A stretch of 64,000 nucleotides of DNA, from positions 71,288 through 135,287 of the forward strand of contig JACPKP010000004.1 in the NCBI GenBank assembly GCA_016186955.1, written 5' to 3'. Of the stretch, positions 30,360 through 39,276 are shown piece by piece (within the stretch, counting starts at the first letter, position 1; each line of letters begins with the position of its first letter). The notes beneath the pieces were generated by a model, which was given only the letters and a program-made list of their open reading frames with translations, did not search any database and was not told the DNA's origin. This DNA is from Candidatus Daviesbacteria bacterium (GTDB taxonomy: Bacteria; Patescibacteriota; Microgenomatia; Daviesbacterales; UBA10151). A program made the translations under genes and the position numbers.

Positions 30360-30435
30360 TGGCGCGCCTGGAGGGAGTCGAACCCCCAACCCCGTGGTCC
30401 GAAGCCACGTGCTCTATCCATTGAGCTACAGGCGC
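30360..30435 (-). tRNA. tRNA-Arg (TCG)
   Basis: GCGCCTGTAGCTCAATGGATAGAGCA-CGTGG-CTTCGGA-CCACG...GGTTCGACTCCCTCCAGGCGCGCCA. Confidence 0.95.
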
Positions 30436-30568
30436 AAAGTCAAACTCTGCCTACCCATTTTATCAGCTTCCGCTTTGGTAATCAAAATCTGTATCTGAAA
30501 TCCGATATCAGATATCAGAAATTGGGGGTATTGTTTTTTACAAAATCATGGTATTATCCAAAAGAAGT

Positions 30569-31270
30569 ATGCCAAGAAAAGAAAGCCTAAAAACTACCAA
30601 ACCGAAAAAGAAAAAGGTTGTCGGGAAGAAGCTTACTGAGGATTTAGATTCAAGCGGGGGAACATATTTTAGCGCTATCAGGAAACTGGCTTCAAAAAAA
30701 ACTTACTATATCCTTTTGCTTGTGATGGGATTTTTAATATTTGTATATCTTATGAGCAGGTTCTTAGTGGTTGCTTGGGTAGACAAAATGCCTGTCTCAA
30801 GGATCAAATACTTAAGCGAACTGGATAAAAAATACGGTAAGGAAGTAAAGGAGCAGTTAATAGTTGAAAAACTGTTGGAAAATGAGGCTAAAAAGAAAAA
30901 TGTAATAGTTTCAGCCCCAGATATTGCCAATGAAACCAAAAGGATTGAGGATGCCCAGGGAGGCGCAGACCAGTTGAACCAGATTCTTGAGGTTCAAGGG
31001 ATAAGCAAAGATGAATTTAAAAAACTGGTCAGGCTGCAAATTTTAAAGCAGAAAGTATTTGGCGGGGATGCTGCTATTACTGATGAAGAGGTCAACAAAT
31101 ATATAGAAACTAACAAAGAGCAATTTAAAGATATTGACAAAGAAGCCAGTACGGCAGCAAAAACTAAAGAGATGTTAAAAGAGCAACTGAGGCAGCAAAA
31201 GATAAATGCCAGCTTCAATAGTTTCCTGGGTGATGCATTAAAAGGCCCTAGGGTGGTAAGAATACAATAA
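30569..31270 (+). CDS. SurA N-terminal/PrsA-like foldase without PPIase domain
   Basis: TM anchor, VVAWVDKMPVSR, EQLIVEKLLENEAKK, ITDEEVNKY. Confidence 0.75.
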   Translation: MPRKESLKTTKPKKKKVVGKKLTEDLDSSGGTYFSAIRKLASKKTYYILLLVMGFLIFVYLMSRFLVVAWVDKMPVSRIKYLSELDKKYGKEVKEQLIVEKLLENEAKKKNVIVSAPDIANETKRIEDAQGGADQLNQILEVQGISKDEFKKLVRLQILKQKVFGGDAAITDEEVNKYIETNKEQFKDIDKEASTAAKTKEMLKEQLRQQKINASFNSFLGDALKGPRVVRIQ

Positions 31271-31286
31271 CTCCGGAACTATAACG

Positions 31287-31943
31287 TCATTTTCTGTCAA
31301 GACAGGGTGTTGTAAAGATTGAGGCCAGCATCCCGAAGGAGCTTCCAAGCAACAACCCTCCTAAAACATCACTGGCCCAGTGCTCCCCCAGGTAAATCCT
31401 GGAAAAAAGCATTATAAAAAGAAATAAGGCAAGAATAAACAAAACAATTTTTTTACGCCTGTATTTTCCGAAATATACAAAAGCCAAAAAAATGACAATT
31501 AAAAATGTTGTCCTGGTAACATGGCCGGACGGGTATGAATACCCTGTTTGGATAAATTGACTTGGCAGGTTAAAATGGAGGATTCCTCTATATAATGCAA
31601 CCGGTGGACCGCTATGATGTATAAAAAACTTACCTGCGAGTTCAATTAACGAAATAACCGGAAAAAGCGTCAACCCCAGCAGTGCAAGGTAATTTTTTTT
31701 AACCAGCCACTGGATAGCTAAAATAATCAGTATAAAGGTTGTAATTTCTGCCGAGCCCAGAAGTGAAAACATTGAAAAAAACAGGTCAAATATCCTTGGT
31801 ATATTCTGCTGCAAAACATCAGTCAAAAAAATATCAAGCGCCAAAGTATCATATTGTGCAACAAATACCGAAAGAAGGATAAACGACAAAAAAAGTAAAC
31901 AGGCTTTGGTAAAAAATTTTTTTTGAACTTCAAAAAAATACAT
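31287..31943 (-). CDS. PAP2 family phosphatase
   Basis: YSYPSGH and SRIYLGEHWASDVLGG. Confidence 0.9.
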   Translation of the reverse strand: MYFFEVQKKFFTKACLLFLSFILLSVFVAQYDTLALDIFLTDVLQQNIPRIFDLFFSMFSLLGSAEITTFILIILAIQWLVKKNYLALLGLTLFPVISLIELAGKFFIHHSGPPVALYRGILHFNLPSQFIQTGYSYPSGHVTRTTFLIVIFLAFVYFGKYRRKKIVLFILALFLFIMLFSRIYLGEHWASDVLGGLLLGSSFGMLASIFTTPCLDRK

Positions 31944-31949
31944 AAAAAT

Positions 31950-32444
31950 TTAGCCTACCACCAAATATAAAGAGATAACAATTGCCGAAAGTTGCCAGAT
32001 ATCACGGACCCCAAACATTAAGCAGTTATCCCCTCTGCCATGCCAGTGCAACCATTGGTGAAAATTATTCTCATATTTAATAAATCCCTGTTTCGGGAGC
32101 GCTTTTATATAGATTAAGCCATCTAAAACATCAGGCAGTTGTGCACCGCCTATCCCAAACAGTATATAAAAAAACCTTAACCCAATCTGGTCTTTTAAAA
32201 AAGCAGCTGCCAAAAAGATTATTATCCCAAGTAAAAGGTCAAAAATAATGACAGGTATAATTTGAGTTTTATAATCACGCATTTTTATAAAATGCCCGTG
32301 GGGTATAAAATCAGTTATATAATGAGAAATTATTCCGGTTACGCCTGCTGCTAAAAGCCCTGGTAATAAACCGGTTTCTCCAAAGATTTGATATGTAAAA
32401 ACGCCTGCAAAAGCCCCTACAGCTGTATGGCCAATAGCAACCAT
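31950..32444 (-). CDS. Membrane protein, putative metal-dependent hydrolase
   Basis: GH, SHYITDFIPH, LPDVLD, HQWLH motifs within hydrophobic helices. Confidence 0.6.
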   Translation of the reverse strand: MVAIGHTAVGAFAGVFTYQIFGETGLLPGLLAAGVTGIISHYITDFIPHGHFIKMRDYKTQIIPVIIFDLLLGIIIFLAAAFLKDQIGLRFFYILFGIGGAQLPDVLDGLIYIKALPKQGFIKYENNFHQWLHWHGRGDNCLMFGVRDIWQLSAIVISLYLVVG

Positions 32445-32462
32445 TTATAGATAATATACAAT

Positions 32463-35231
32463 TTACAGGTATTTGGCAATTAACTTTTGGATGGATTCAG
32501 TATTTGGGACAACCATGTCTAGATTTATCTTATCTGCAGGCGGGGCCGGGACATTTTTTGAGCCAATAAGCAACGGGCCTTTTTGATCGACCATATATTT
32601 TATGGAGATATCTTCAAACTCCTTATTAGTGGTTAGCCTTTTTATAATCTGGTTGCCAAAGCCTTTTGACTCTGTTTCCTGGTGGGCAACAATAATCCTG
32701 CCGCTGCCTTCTTTGAGAAATATGTGGAGGTCTTCGGTTGGAAAAGGACGCAGGGAAATCAGATCCAAAAGACCGATATTGGTTTTGCCGGATTGTTCAA
32801 TCGCATCCAAAATTGTGTTGACCATCGGGCCATAGGAGATAAACTGAAGCTTACCCCCTTCTTTTACCAACCTGGCCCTACCCGGAGTCCAAAGTCCGGT
32901 TCCCAGCTCAAATTCCTCTCTCTTGCCCAAAATCCTGGTTTTGTCAACCATAAAGATATAAGGGTTGTTTTCGTAAAGCAGGCAATACCTTAAGAGTTTA
33001 TAAGTGGTTTGGGGGTTGCAGGTATAAAAAACATCAACACTCTCAGGAGTTTGGTAAGCTGCCGATGCCAGCTCATGGGAATGCATAAAACCACCTCCGG
33101 CTGATGCTCCGGATAAAAGCAATGTCCCAAAAGTTCTGGTGATCTGGCCTGATGTGGCATATAAGACACTGTCAAAAACATGGAAGGAGGGCCAAGCCTC
33201 AATTCCATAGTCAACATACTGGGGGTCATACAAAATCCGGTAGAACTTTTTTAAAGATTTTTCATCAGTTAGGGTGGTAGCCATTCCCTGCAGGTAATCG
33301 GAAACAGCCAATTCATCAATTTCAGTGTTATGCAGTCTCCCCGGGAATCTAGCAAATTTTTCAAATAACCCCTCTTCCTGCCTGAAATATCCTCCCGAAT
33401 GAATAATATGTTTCTCTTTTTCATTCCGCTCCTGGGAAACCGATAAACCTTTGTATATATCTGTGCCTCGAAGCAATACATTGGGATTTTCCTCCATTGC
33501 ACCATAAATCGCTTGTCTGATCGCTTCCGAAATATTCAATTTTAAAACATCTTTTGAATCAGGTTTTATAATTTCCGGGGTAGGCATCCTGATATGTTTG
33601 ACGGCATTTTCAGGCTTTGGTCGGTTCCTTTTAAAAACTTGGTCTAAGGCACCCTCAAACTCTTTTTTTGCCTCATGCTGCCAGTTTTGGATATCGGCAG
33701 GAGTGATATAACCTTTTTTGGTCCACAGGTTATTTGCAACTTCAACAGGGTCTACAATATCGTCAATAAGCTTTAGCAGTTGCAGGTGTACCTCATTATT
33801 CAATTTTGTTTCCCGGATAAACTTTTGCAATCGTTCTTTAAGTAAAATCTGGTTATCTGTTTGGGAAGGTTTAACCAGTGTATTTTCCAGAAATCTTGCA
33901 ACAGCCTCATCAGATGCGTATAGTTCCAAAAGGCTTTTTGCCTGTTGGATAAACTCTGCTGTCAGATGGTCTCCGTGGGCGCTGGAGTGGGGTAGCAGCC
34001 TGGATGTCATCGCCTCAATAATGGTTGGGCCGGCGTCTAAAAGAGCCCTGGTCGTGGCAAATCTCATGGCCAGATATAAACCATCTGGGTCATCTTTTCC
34101 GATCCGGATCCCTGGTATGCCTGCACCGTGCCCGTCTTTCCAAAGGTTTTTGTCGGCAACCACCTCATCAATATCCACCCCGATTGCTACACTATTATTG
34201 AAGATTACATCTATAACAGGGTTTTTGTTGGCAGCTTGCATTTTCAGGCTTTGCATAAGTTTTGGGTCAGCGCCATCCCCCAAACTGATCATTACCGCAG
34301 CCTTGGTATTTTTAAGCAGGATATCGCGGTAAGCGCCAGCGCGCATAGGCTTATCATAAACAATACCCTGTTTTTTGATTTCGCGAAGCCTCAGCCCGTC
34401 AGCATAGCCTGAAGCTGCCAGAATATGCCTTCCCACATTGGCAACACCATGAAAAACGCTGAGCACATTTTCACTGTTTATTTTCATCTTCAAGCAGATA
34501 TTTAATCCTTCGCCCGGCAGTGAACCTTTTATCCTGCAAAGTTCAGAAACTGCTTCATCAAAGGTCATAAAATTGCCCTTCGGATCGTCAAGGGGGTCTA
34601 AACGCATTGTCTCCATATGGGATCTGTAATAAGGCGCTACAACCGGTTGGGCATTAAATTCATCGCATGTATCAGCCAGGGCCTGTTGGGTGATAACCTG
34701 TGCCGTTTCAGCGCCCCTTGTCCCAAGATAGATTACGGTACCTCTCCCTTCACTTTCAGCTTTTTTTGCAGCCTTTTCCAGAAGCGTATCAGCCTCCCTG
34801 GCATAATTTATTTTTTTTGCCAGCTGACAGTATGTAAAAAGCGCCTCTTCCTGTCCCCATAAACGTTCAATTGTTAAAAATGTGCAGTAGGCATGCAGAG
34901 CCGCTTCAGCTTGCTCCATATCCCATCTCTCTTTAGCGCTTCTTTCTTTAATGTCCTCTAAAACCTTAGGGGTGAGTTTTTCATAGAGTAACTCTTTAAG
35001 CTGCAGGGGAGTGTTTTGGTCTTTGTAAAGGAAGGTGGCTGTCCCCAGGAATTTTCCGGCTCTCTCCGGGTTTAGATCATTTTTTTGGAAGATTTCATCA
35101 AATAGTTGTCTTGCGATCTGAATTTTGCGGTTTAACTGGACTGACTTACTTTTTAAAGATCCGATAAGAAGCGGGTCGTCTCCACCCGTTTCAAAATCAA
35201 GGTTTTTTAAAAGGCTAGGTTCGGACTCCAT
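32463..35231 (-). CDS. Divergent fused 2-oxoacid dehydrogenase E1 alpha+beta (ThDP-dependent)
   Basis: APYYRSH, GDGA...FNN ThDP motif, HSSAHGD; beta part NTEIDE, GGFMHS, LLDLISLRPF. Confidence 0.75.
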   Translation of the reverse strand: MESEPSLLKNLDFETGGDDPLLIGSLKSKSVQLNRKIQIARQLFDEIFQKNDLNPERAGKFLGTATFLYKDQNTPLQLKELLYEKLTPKVLEDIKERSAKERWDMEQAEAALHAYCTFLTIERLWGQEEALFTYCQLAKKINYAREADTLLEKAAKKAESEGRGTVIYLGTRGAETAQVITQQALADTCDEFNAQPVVAPYYRSHMETMRLDPLDDPKGNFMTFDEAVSELCRIKGSLPGEGLNICLKMKINSENVLSVFHGVANVGRHILAASGYADGLRLREIKKQGIVYDKPMRAGAYRDILLKNTKAAVMISLGDGADPKLMQSLKMQAANKNPVIDVIFNNSVAIGVDIDEVVADKNLWKDGHGAGIPGIRIGKDDPDGLYLAMRFATTRALLDAGPTIIEAMTSRLLPHSSAHGDHLTAEFIQQAKSLLELYASDEAVARFLENTLVKPSQTDNQILLKERLQKFIRETKLNNEVHLQLLKLIDDIVDPVEVANNLWTKKGYITPADIQNWQHEAKKEFEGALDQVFKRNRPKPENAVKHIRMPTPEIIKPDSKDVLKLNISEAIRQAIYGAMEENPNVLLRGTDIYKGLSVSQERNEKEKHIIHSGGYFRQEEGLFEKFARFPGRLHNTEIDELAVSDYLQGMATTLTDEKSLKKFYRILYDPQYVDYGIEAWPSFHVFDSVLYATSGQITRTFGTLLLSGASAGGGFMHSHELASAAYQTPESVDVFYTCNPQTTYKLLRYCLLYENNPYIFMVDKTRILGKREEFELGTGLWTPGRARLVKEGGKLQFISYGPMVNTILDAIEQSGKTNIGLLDLISLRPFPTEDLHIFLKEGSGRIIVAHQETESKGFGNQIIKRLTTNKEFEDISIKYMVDQKGPLLIGSKNVPAPPADKINLDMVVPNTESIQKLIAKYL

Positions 35232-35306
35232 ACTAAAAGCCCCTACCAGAAAGAGATTGTACAACTTCTACAAAGGAATGCAAGACTTGCTTTCTAATTT
35301 CATATC

Positions 35307-36149
35307 TCAAGTGAAGGTTGATGAAGTTAAGGGTTTTCTAAGACCTCTTCTTTTTGGAGGTTCAAGGGTTGATTTGATCTCATCTCTCAAATTACAAATC
35401 ATCCTCAGTCTTGCCAGTTCAGCGCTGTCTTCTTCTATATTTGGATTTGTTGCCATTATGGCCAGCTTCATGCGTAGTGGTCTGTTGTGCATAAAAACTA
35501 CCCGGTTTACTGCAACATTTAGCCGGTCTTGCGCCCATGATGTTTTTCCCTGCTCAAATATAACTTTAGCTTGTTCCACAAGTTCTTCAGGGGTATGCAT
35601 AATCAACATCAGATCATAGTGCAAAACCAACCCATGATTCCTATAAATCTCAGCAAAATATTCTCTCCTACCTTTGGCCTCTTGCCTTAAACTGTCAACA
35701 AATTCTTCATCTTCTTGACTACCCCGTAAAAATGCAGCATTAAGAAGCATCCTTTTATAAGCCTCCTCGCCTGTTAGGAGAAACCTTAATTTAGCAGGTT
35801 GTCTTCTACCTCTGGTATGAGCTTTTGAACCAGGAGGGAAAAGTACATCCCACTTTTTGACTTTTAAAGCATCAGCTATGCTTTTTGCTGTATCCTTTGT
35901 TGGGAATCCTCGGTTTGTTTCTATTAAATTTATTATTCTGCTAGGCACTCCGGCTTTTTTTGCAACACCCTCCTGAGTTAACTTATCCGCATTTTTTTTC
36001 TGGTCGCTTTTTCTTTCCATTACAAAAGCCCCGTTTGAATCCCGGTGTTCAGCTGTAATAGTCCTATCAGTAAAATCACTTTCTTTGAGCTTAAAAAGAT
36101 CTTCAATAGAAAAGAATGATTCGGGGACTAAAAATTCTTTTTGCGACAT
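35307..36149 (-). CDS. XRE-type HTH-containing protein
   Basis: LTQEGVAKKAGVPSRIINLIETNRGFPT...IADALKV. Confidence 0.7.
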   Translation of the reverse strand: MSQKEFLVPESFFSIEDLFKLKESDFTDRTITAEHRDSNGAFVMERKSDQKKNADKLTQEGVAKKAGVPSRIINLIETNRGFPTKDTAKSIADALKVKKWDVLFPPGSKAHTRGRRQPAKLRFLLTGEEAYKRMLLNAAFLRGSQEDEEFVDSLRQEAKGRREYFAEIYRNHGLVLHYDLMLIMHTPEELVEQAKVIFEQGKTSWAQDRLNVAVNRVVFMHNRPLRMKLAIMATNPNIEEDSAELARLRMICNLRDEIKSTLEPPKRRGLRKPLTSSTFT

Positions 36150-36264
36150 ATTAGGGGGAATATAACTTACAAATTTTTGCTTGTCAACCCATTAATTAAT
36201 TCCACAATCTCCTATATTGACAAGGGGTGATGAATTTGAAATAGTGGATTTGCAATCATGCTAA

Positions 36265-38604
36265 ATGGCAGAACGTAAAGTAGAGGAACCTAAAAAACTT
36301 CAAAAGACAATTCCCGCCCAGGATATTATTCCAAATGGCTCTGCCTCAAAATCAAAACAAAAGGAGATGACCCAAGAAGACCGTCTCCGTGCTTCACTAG
36401 CCCTGGAAGCGTTATTACCTCAAAAAATTAAACCTATTCAGTCCTTGGATCAGGTGCACAAGATCTATCAAACAAAGGATGAATCCAATAAGATTGATGA
36501 ATTAAAATATGATATCAAAAGTGATTCTGTCAGGACATTGTATCTATCAGAAATACTCGCCGGTAATAATACTGCAGACCTCCCTTTTTTAATTGAAACA
36601 ATACAAAGAATTAAAGGGTCCCCGGAAGAGTACCAACCTGATATTGTTGTGGTATCAGGACTTTTGGAAGGAAATTATAAATTTAGGGATAAGGATAGAC
36701 GTTCAACCTTAGTTTTATCATTGGACCAGCAGTTTGCAACTGCGAATTTAATATTGAAGGAGCTTGAGGGATTGGGATCTGAGATTATCTATTCATTATC
36801 AACCGAAGATAGGGAGATTTGCAGGGACGGTACAATAGAAGCTATGCGGGCGCTGCAGAATACAGCTAAACCTTTGATTGACAAAAATAAGGGGCTGGTA
36901 ACCTATTGGCAGATTGATCAGATTAAACAAAACCCGGCTTGGGATACCCACCTGAAATTCCAGACCAATGTGGTTTTTGAATACTGCCTGCGTTCTGGCA
37001 GAAGATTAAAATCAGCAGAAGAGGTCAAAGAGGCAACAAAAGGCAAAATAATGATGGAGGAGTATTTAATGCTGTATGATGCTTTTCAAAAATTAGTAAA
37101 ATTACAGGATATACCTGCGGGCTACAGAGAAGTTCTGGAACTTGATAATATTCCCCTTCCTGATAAAAAATTCAGCGCTTTTGAATTGGCAGATGACATG
37201 GATCTGGTTGTAAATGCAAACAGCAACAATTTTACCCAAAAGGTCAAACACAACTTTAAATTCGGCGCTAAACCGTTAACCCGTAACCCAACCGATGTGC
37301 CTGAAGCAATTACCAGACAATTAAGTTCCGAGGGAATTAAACCACCCAACGCGCTTATTACTTTAAGCCAGCATCAGACTTTGGGGGTAGGGGATGCAGA
37401 AAACACCTGGATGATATCAACAGGCAGTTTTTTAGATACCAGTAAGACGCTTGATCAAAAAGGCAGTATAGCCTCAGCCGGCCGAGCGCCTTCCTGGAGA
37501 AGTTTAACTACTAGAAAAATCGTCAGTTTACCAACAGCTACCATGCACGAGTTTACAGATGACGGTAGGCATGTCATTACTTTCTATAATAAAAAACTGC
37601 TGGAAAAGGCAGACTATGCTGAGCGGACCACTATTTTAACAATTACTGATTGGCAGACAGGTTCAATGTCCGCCAGGCCGGATTTGCAGGTTAAGCTTCT
37701 GGACCTGGCTATTTCAGAGATTTTGCCGGGTAGGCCCATGTGGGTGCTTTCTACGGGAGATTTATTCCACGGGCAAAATTATAAAGGGTTATCAATGGAA
37801 AATTTCCGGACAGGGCAAATCAGAATTGAGGATCAGCAAAGGTTTGTTCAAGAACTGCTGGAAAGATCAACAAGCCATATTTCAACGGGAAATTTATCAA
37901 ACATAGCCGGTGTGAGCATTGTTCCGGGCAATCATGAATGGAATTCCAACTATGTTAATACAGGGGCGATATTCAACCTCTCCCTGGTAAATTCTTTTAG
38001 AAATCTTTTAAAAACGGATGTGGAAACTGCCGGAAAAAAGGTTCGCGCCAGCGAGCTGCTTGATACTCCAAACGGGGATGTTGTGCCTGTTTGGAGCTCG
38101 TTTGATGAAATCGCAGGGTATGGAGTATTATCCCAGCATATGTACCTTGATAAAGCCGGTGGTAAGGTGCCGATCTACCATGCACAGAAATTTATAGAAG
38201 GGTCAGGGGACTTTGGAAGAAAAATTGATATCTCATCAACCGGCCACTGGCACCACAACCAATATGCCGTGTTCGGCAATAAGCTGCATGTGATCAACCC
38301 CTCTGTGGCAGGTTTGACCAACTATGAAATGATGAAAGGTTTACGGCCCACAGTGGGAGGAGCCCTGATCCATGTGGGGGGTGGTTTACCGGTGCAGGTT
38401 GAATTTTTAAGCTTAGATACTTTGCTTAGCCATAAAATTACTGATGGATATTTCTCAGATGAAAACCTGGCCAGGGAGGGGTTTATTGACGACCGGCACT
38501 TTGACCCGAAAAGGGATGGGTATTTTCATAGAAAATCCGCCCTCCAGAAAGCTTTATGGGGTTTACATGATGAGCTGATCAAAAAGATCGACTCCCATCT
38601 TTAA
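36265..38604 (+). CDS. Large calcineurin-like metallophosphoesterase (C-terminal domain) with a degenerate N-terminal copy
   Basis: TDWQTG, GDLFHG, PGNHE, QH, GHWH in the C-terminal half. Confidence 0.7.
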   Translation: MAERKVEEPKKLQKTIPAQDIIPNGSASKSKQKEMTQEDRLRASLALEALLPQKIKPIQSLDQVHKIYQTKDESNKIDELKYDIKSDSVRTLYLSEILAGNNTADLPFLIETIQRIKGSPEEYQPDIVVVSGLLEGNYKFRDKDRRSTLVLSLDQQFATANLILKELEGLGSEIIYSLSTEDREICRDGTIEAMRALQNTAKPLIDKNKGLVTYWQIDQIKQNPAWDTHLKFQTNVVFEYCLRSGRRLKSAEEVKEATKGKIMMEEYLMLYDAFQKLVKLQDIPAGYREVLELDNIPLPDKKFSAFELADDMDLVVNANSNNFTQKVKHNFKFGAKPLTRNPTDVPEAITRQLSSEGIKPPNALITLSQHQTLGVGDAENTWMISTGSFLDTSKTLDQKGSIASAGRAPSWRSLTTRKIVSLPTATMHEFTDDGRHVITFYNKKLLEKADYAERTTILTITDWQTGSMSARPDLQVKLLDLAISEILPGRPMWVLSTGDLFHGQNYKGLSMENFRTGQIRIEDQQRFVQELLERSTSHISTGNLSNIAGVSIVPGNHEWNSNYVNTGAIFNLSLVNSFRNLLKTDVETAGKKVRASELLDTPNGDVVPVWSSFDEIAGYGVLSQHMYLDKAGGKVPIYHAQKFIEGSGDFGRKIDISSTGHWHHNQYAVFGNKLHVINPSVAGLTNYEMMKGLRPTVGGALIHVGGGLPVQVEFLSLDTLLSHKITDGYFSDENLAREGFIDDRHFDPKRDGYFHRKSALQKALWGLHDELIKKIDSHL

Positions 38605-38625
38605 AATCCTTTTAAAAAAGAAAAA

Positions 38626-38654
38626 AGGCGGCCTGGTATAAAACCCGGCCGCCT
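38626..38654 (-). terminator. Intrinsic terminator
   Basis: AGGCGGCC..GGCCGCCT stem with an adjacent A-run (U-tract on the minus strand). Confidence 0.6.
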
Positions 38655-38683
38655 CATGTTTCCGGCCTGAGCCGGCATATGCA

Positions 38684-38905
38684 CTACGACTTTGGAAATT
38701 TGGGCTTTACAAGATACACCATACTATTTCCGAACTGGAGTTTTACCTCCGAACCACACTGGCTGCAGAATGCAGCCCCCACTCTGACATGGTGGAAGGG
38801 GTCTCTACTGCAGACCCGGTGGCCCTGGTCTGTCCCACACCTGTGGCAATAGTTGTCCCCAGGGGACACCATTGCGGTACAATACGCACCTCTGCAATAA
38901 AACAC
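38684..38905 (-). CDS. Double zinc-ribbon small protein
   Basis: C..C, YCHRCG, FCSQCG; GGAGG upstream. Confidence 0.65.
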   Translation of the reverse strand: MFYCRGAYCTAMVSPGDNYCHRCGTDQGHRVCSRDPFHHVRVGAAFCSQCGSEVKLQFGNSMVYLVKPKFPKS

Positions 38906-39004
38906 AGCCTACCTCCAGTTGTAATAGTGCGGGGAATATTATAGCACATTTTGCCCTATAGTCAACCACCACCCTGGTATGAGTTCAGTTCCCCCCAGCA
39001 ATTT

Positions 39005-39270
39005 CGTCATTGCGAGCGTAGCGAAGCAATCTTATTGTTCAAACGCAATACTCCTGGCGTTGAGCCAGGAGATGAAGTTTGTACGAGCGGTAGCGAGTAC
39101 TCTGCGAAGCAGATAAAACAAGAACGATACCGCATGCGTAAGCTTGCGGTAATTCATTAGATCGCCACGGGGCGTACCATTTTGGTACATCCCTCGCGAT
39201 GACGTTTGATTGGAAAAAACTGAATAGTTACCCACCCTGCGTCCTGATAAATCGGGACCCGGAATGACAT
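39005..39270. repeat. Stack of nested REP-like palindromes
   Basis: CGTCATTGCGAGCGTAGCGAAGCAATC ... GATCGCCACG...CCTCGCGATGACG enclosing CTCCTGGC/GCCAGGAG and ACCGCA/TGCGGT hairpins; TCCTGATAAATCGGGA follows. Confidence 0.7.
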
Positions 39271-39276
39271 CGTAGG

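Noticed and set aside
38951-39235. Short ORFs containing RHCERSEAI and similar peptides
   Set aside because: They are translations of the palindromic repeat stack.
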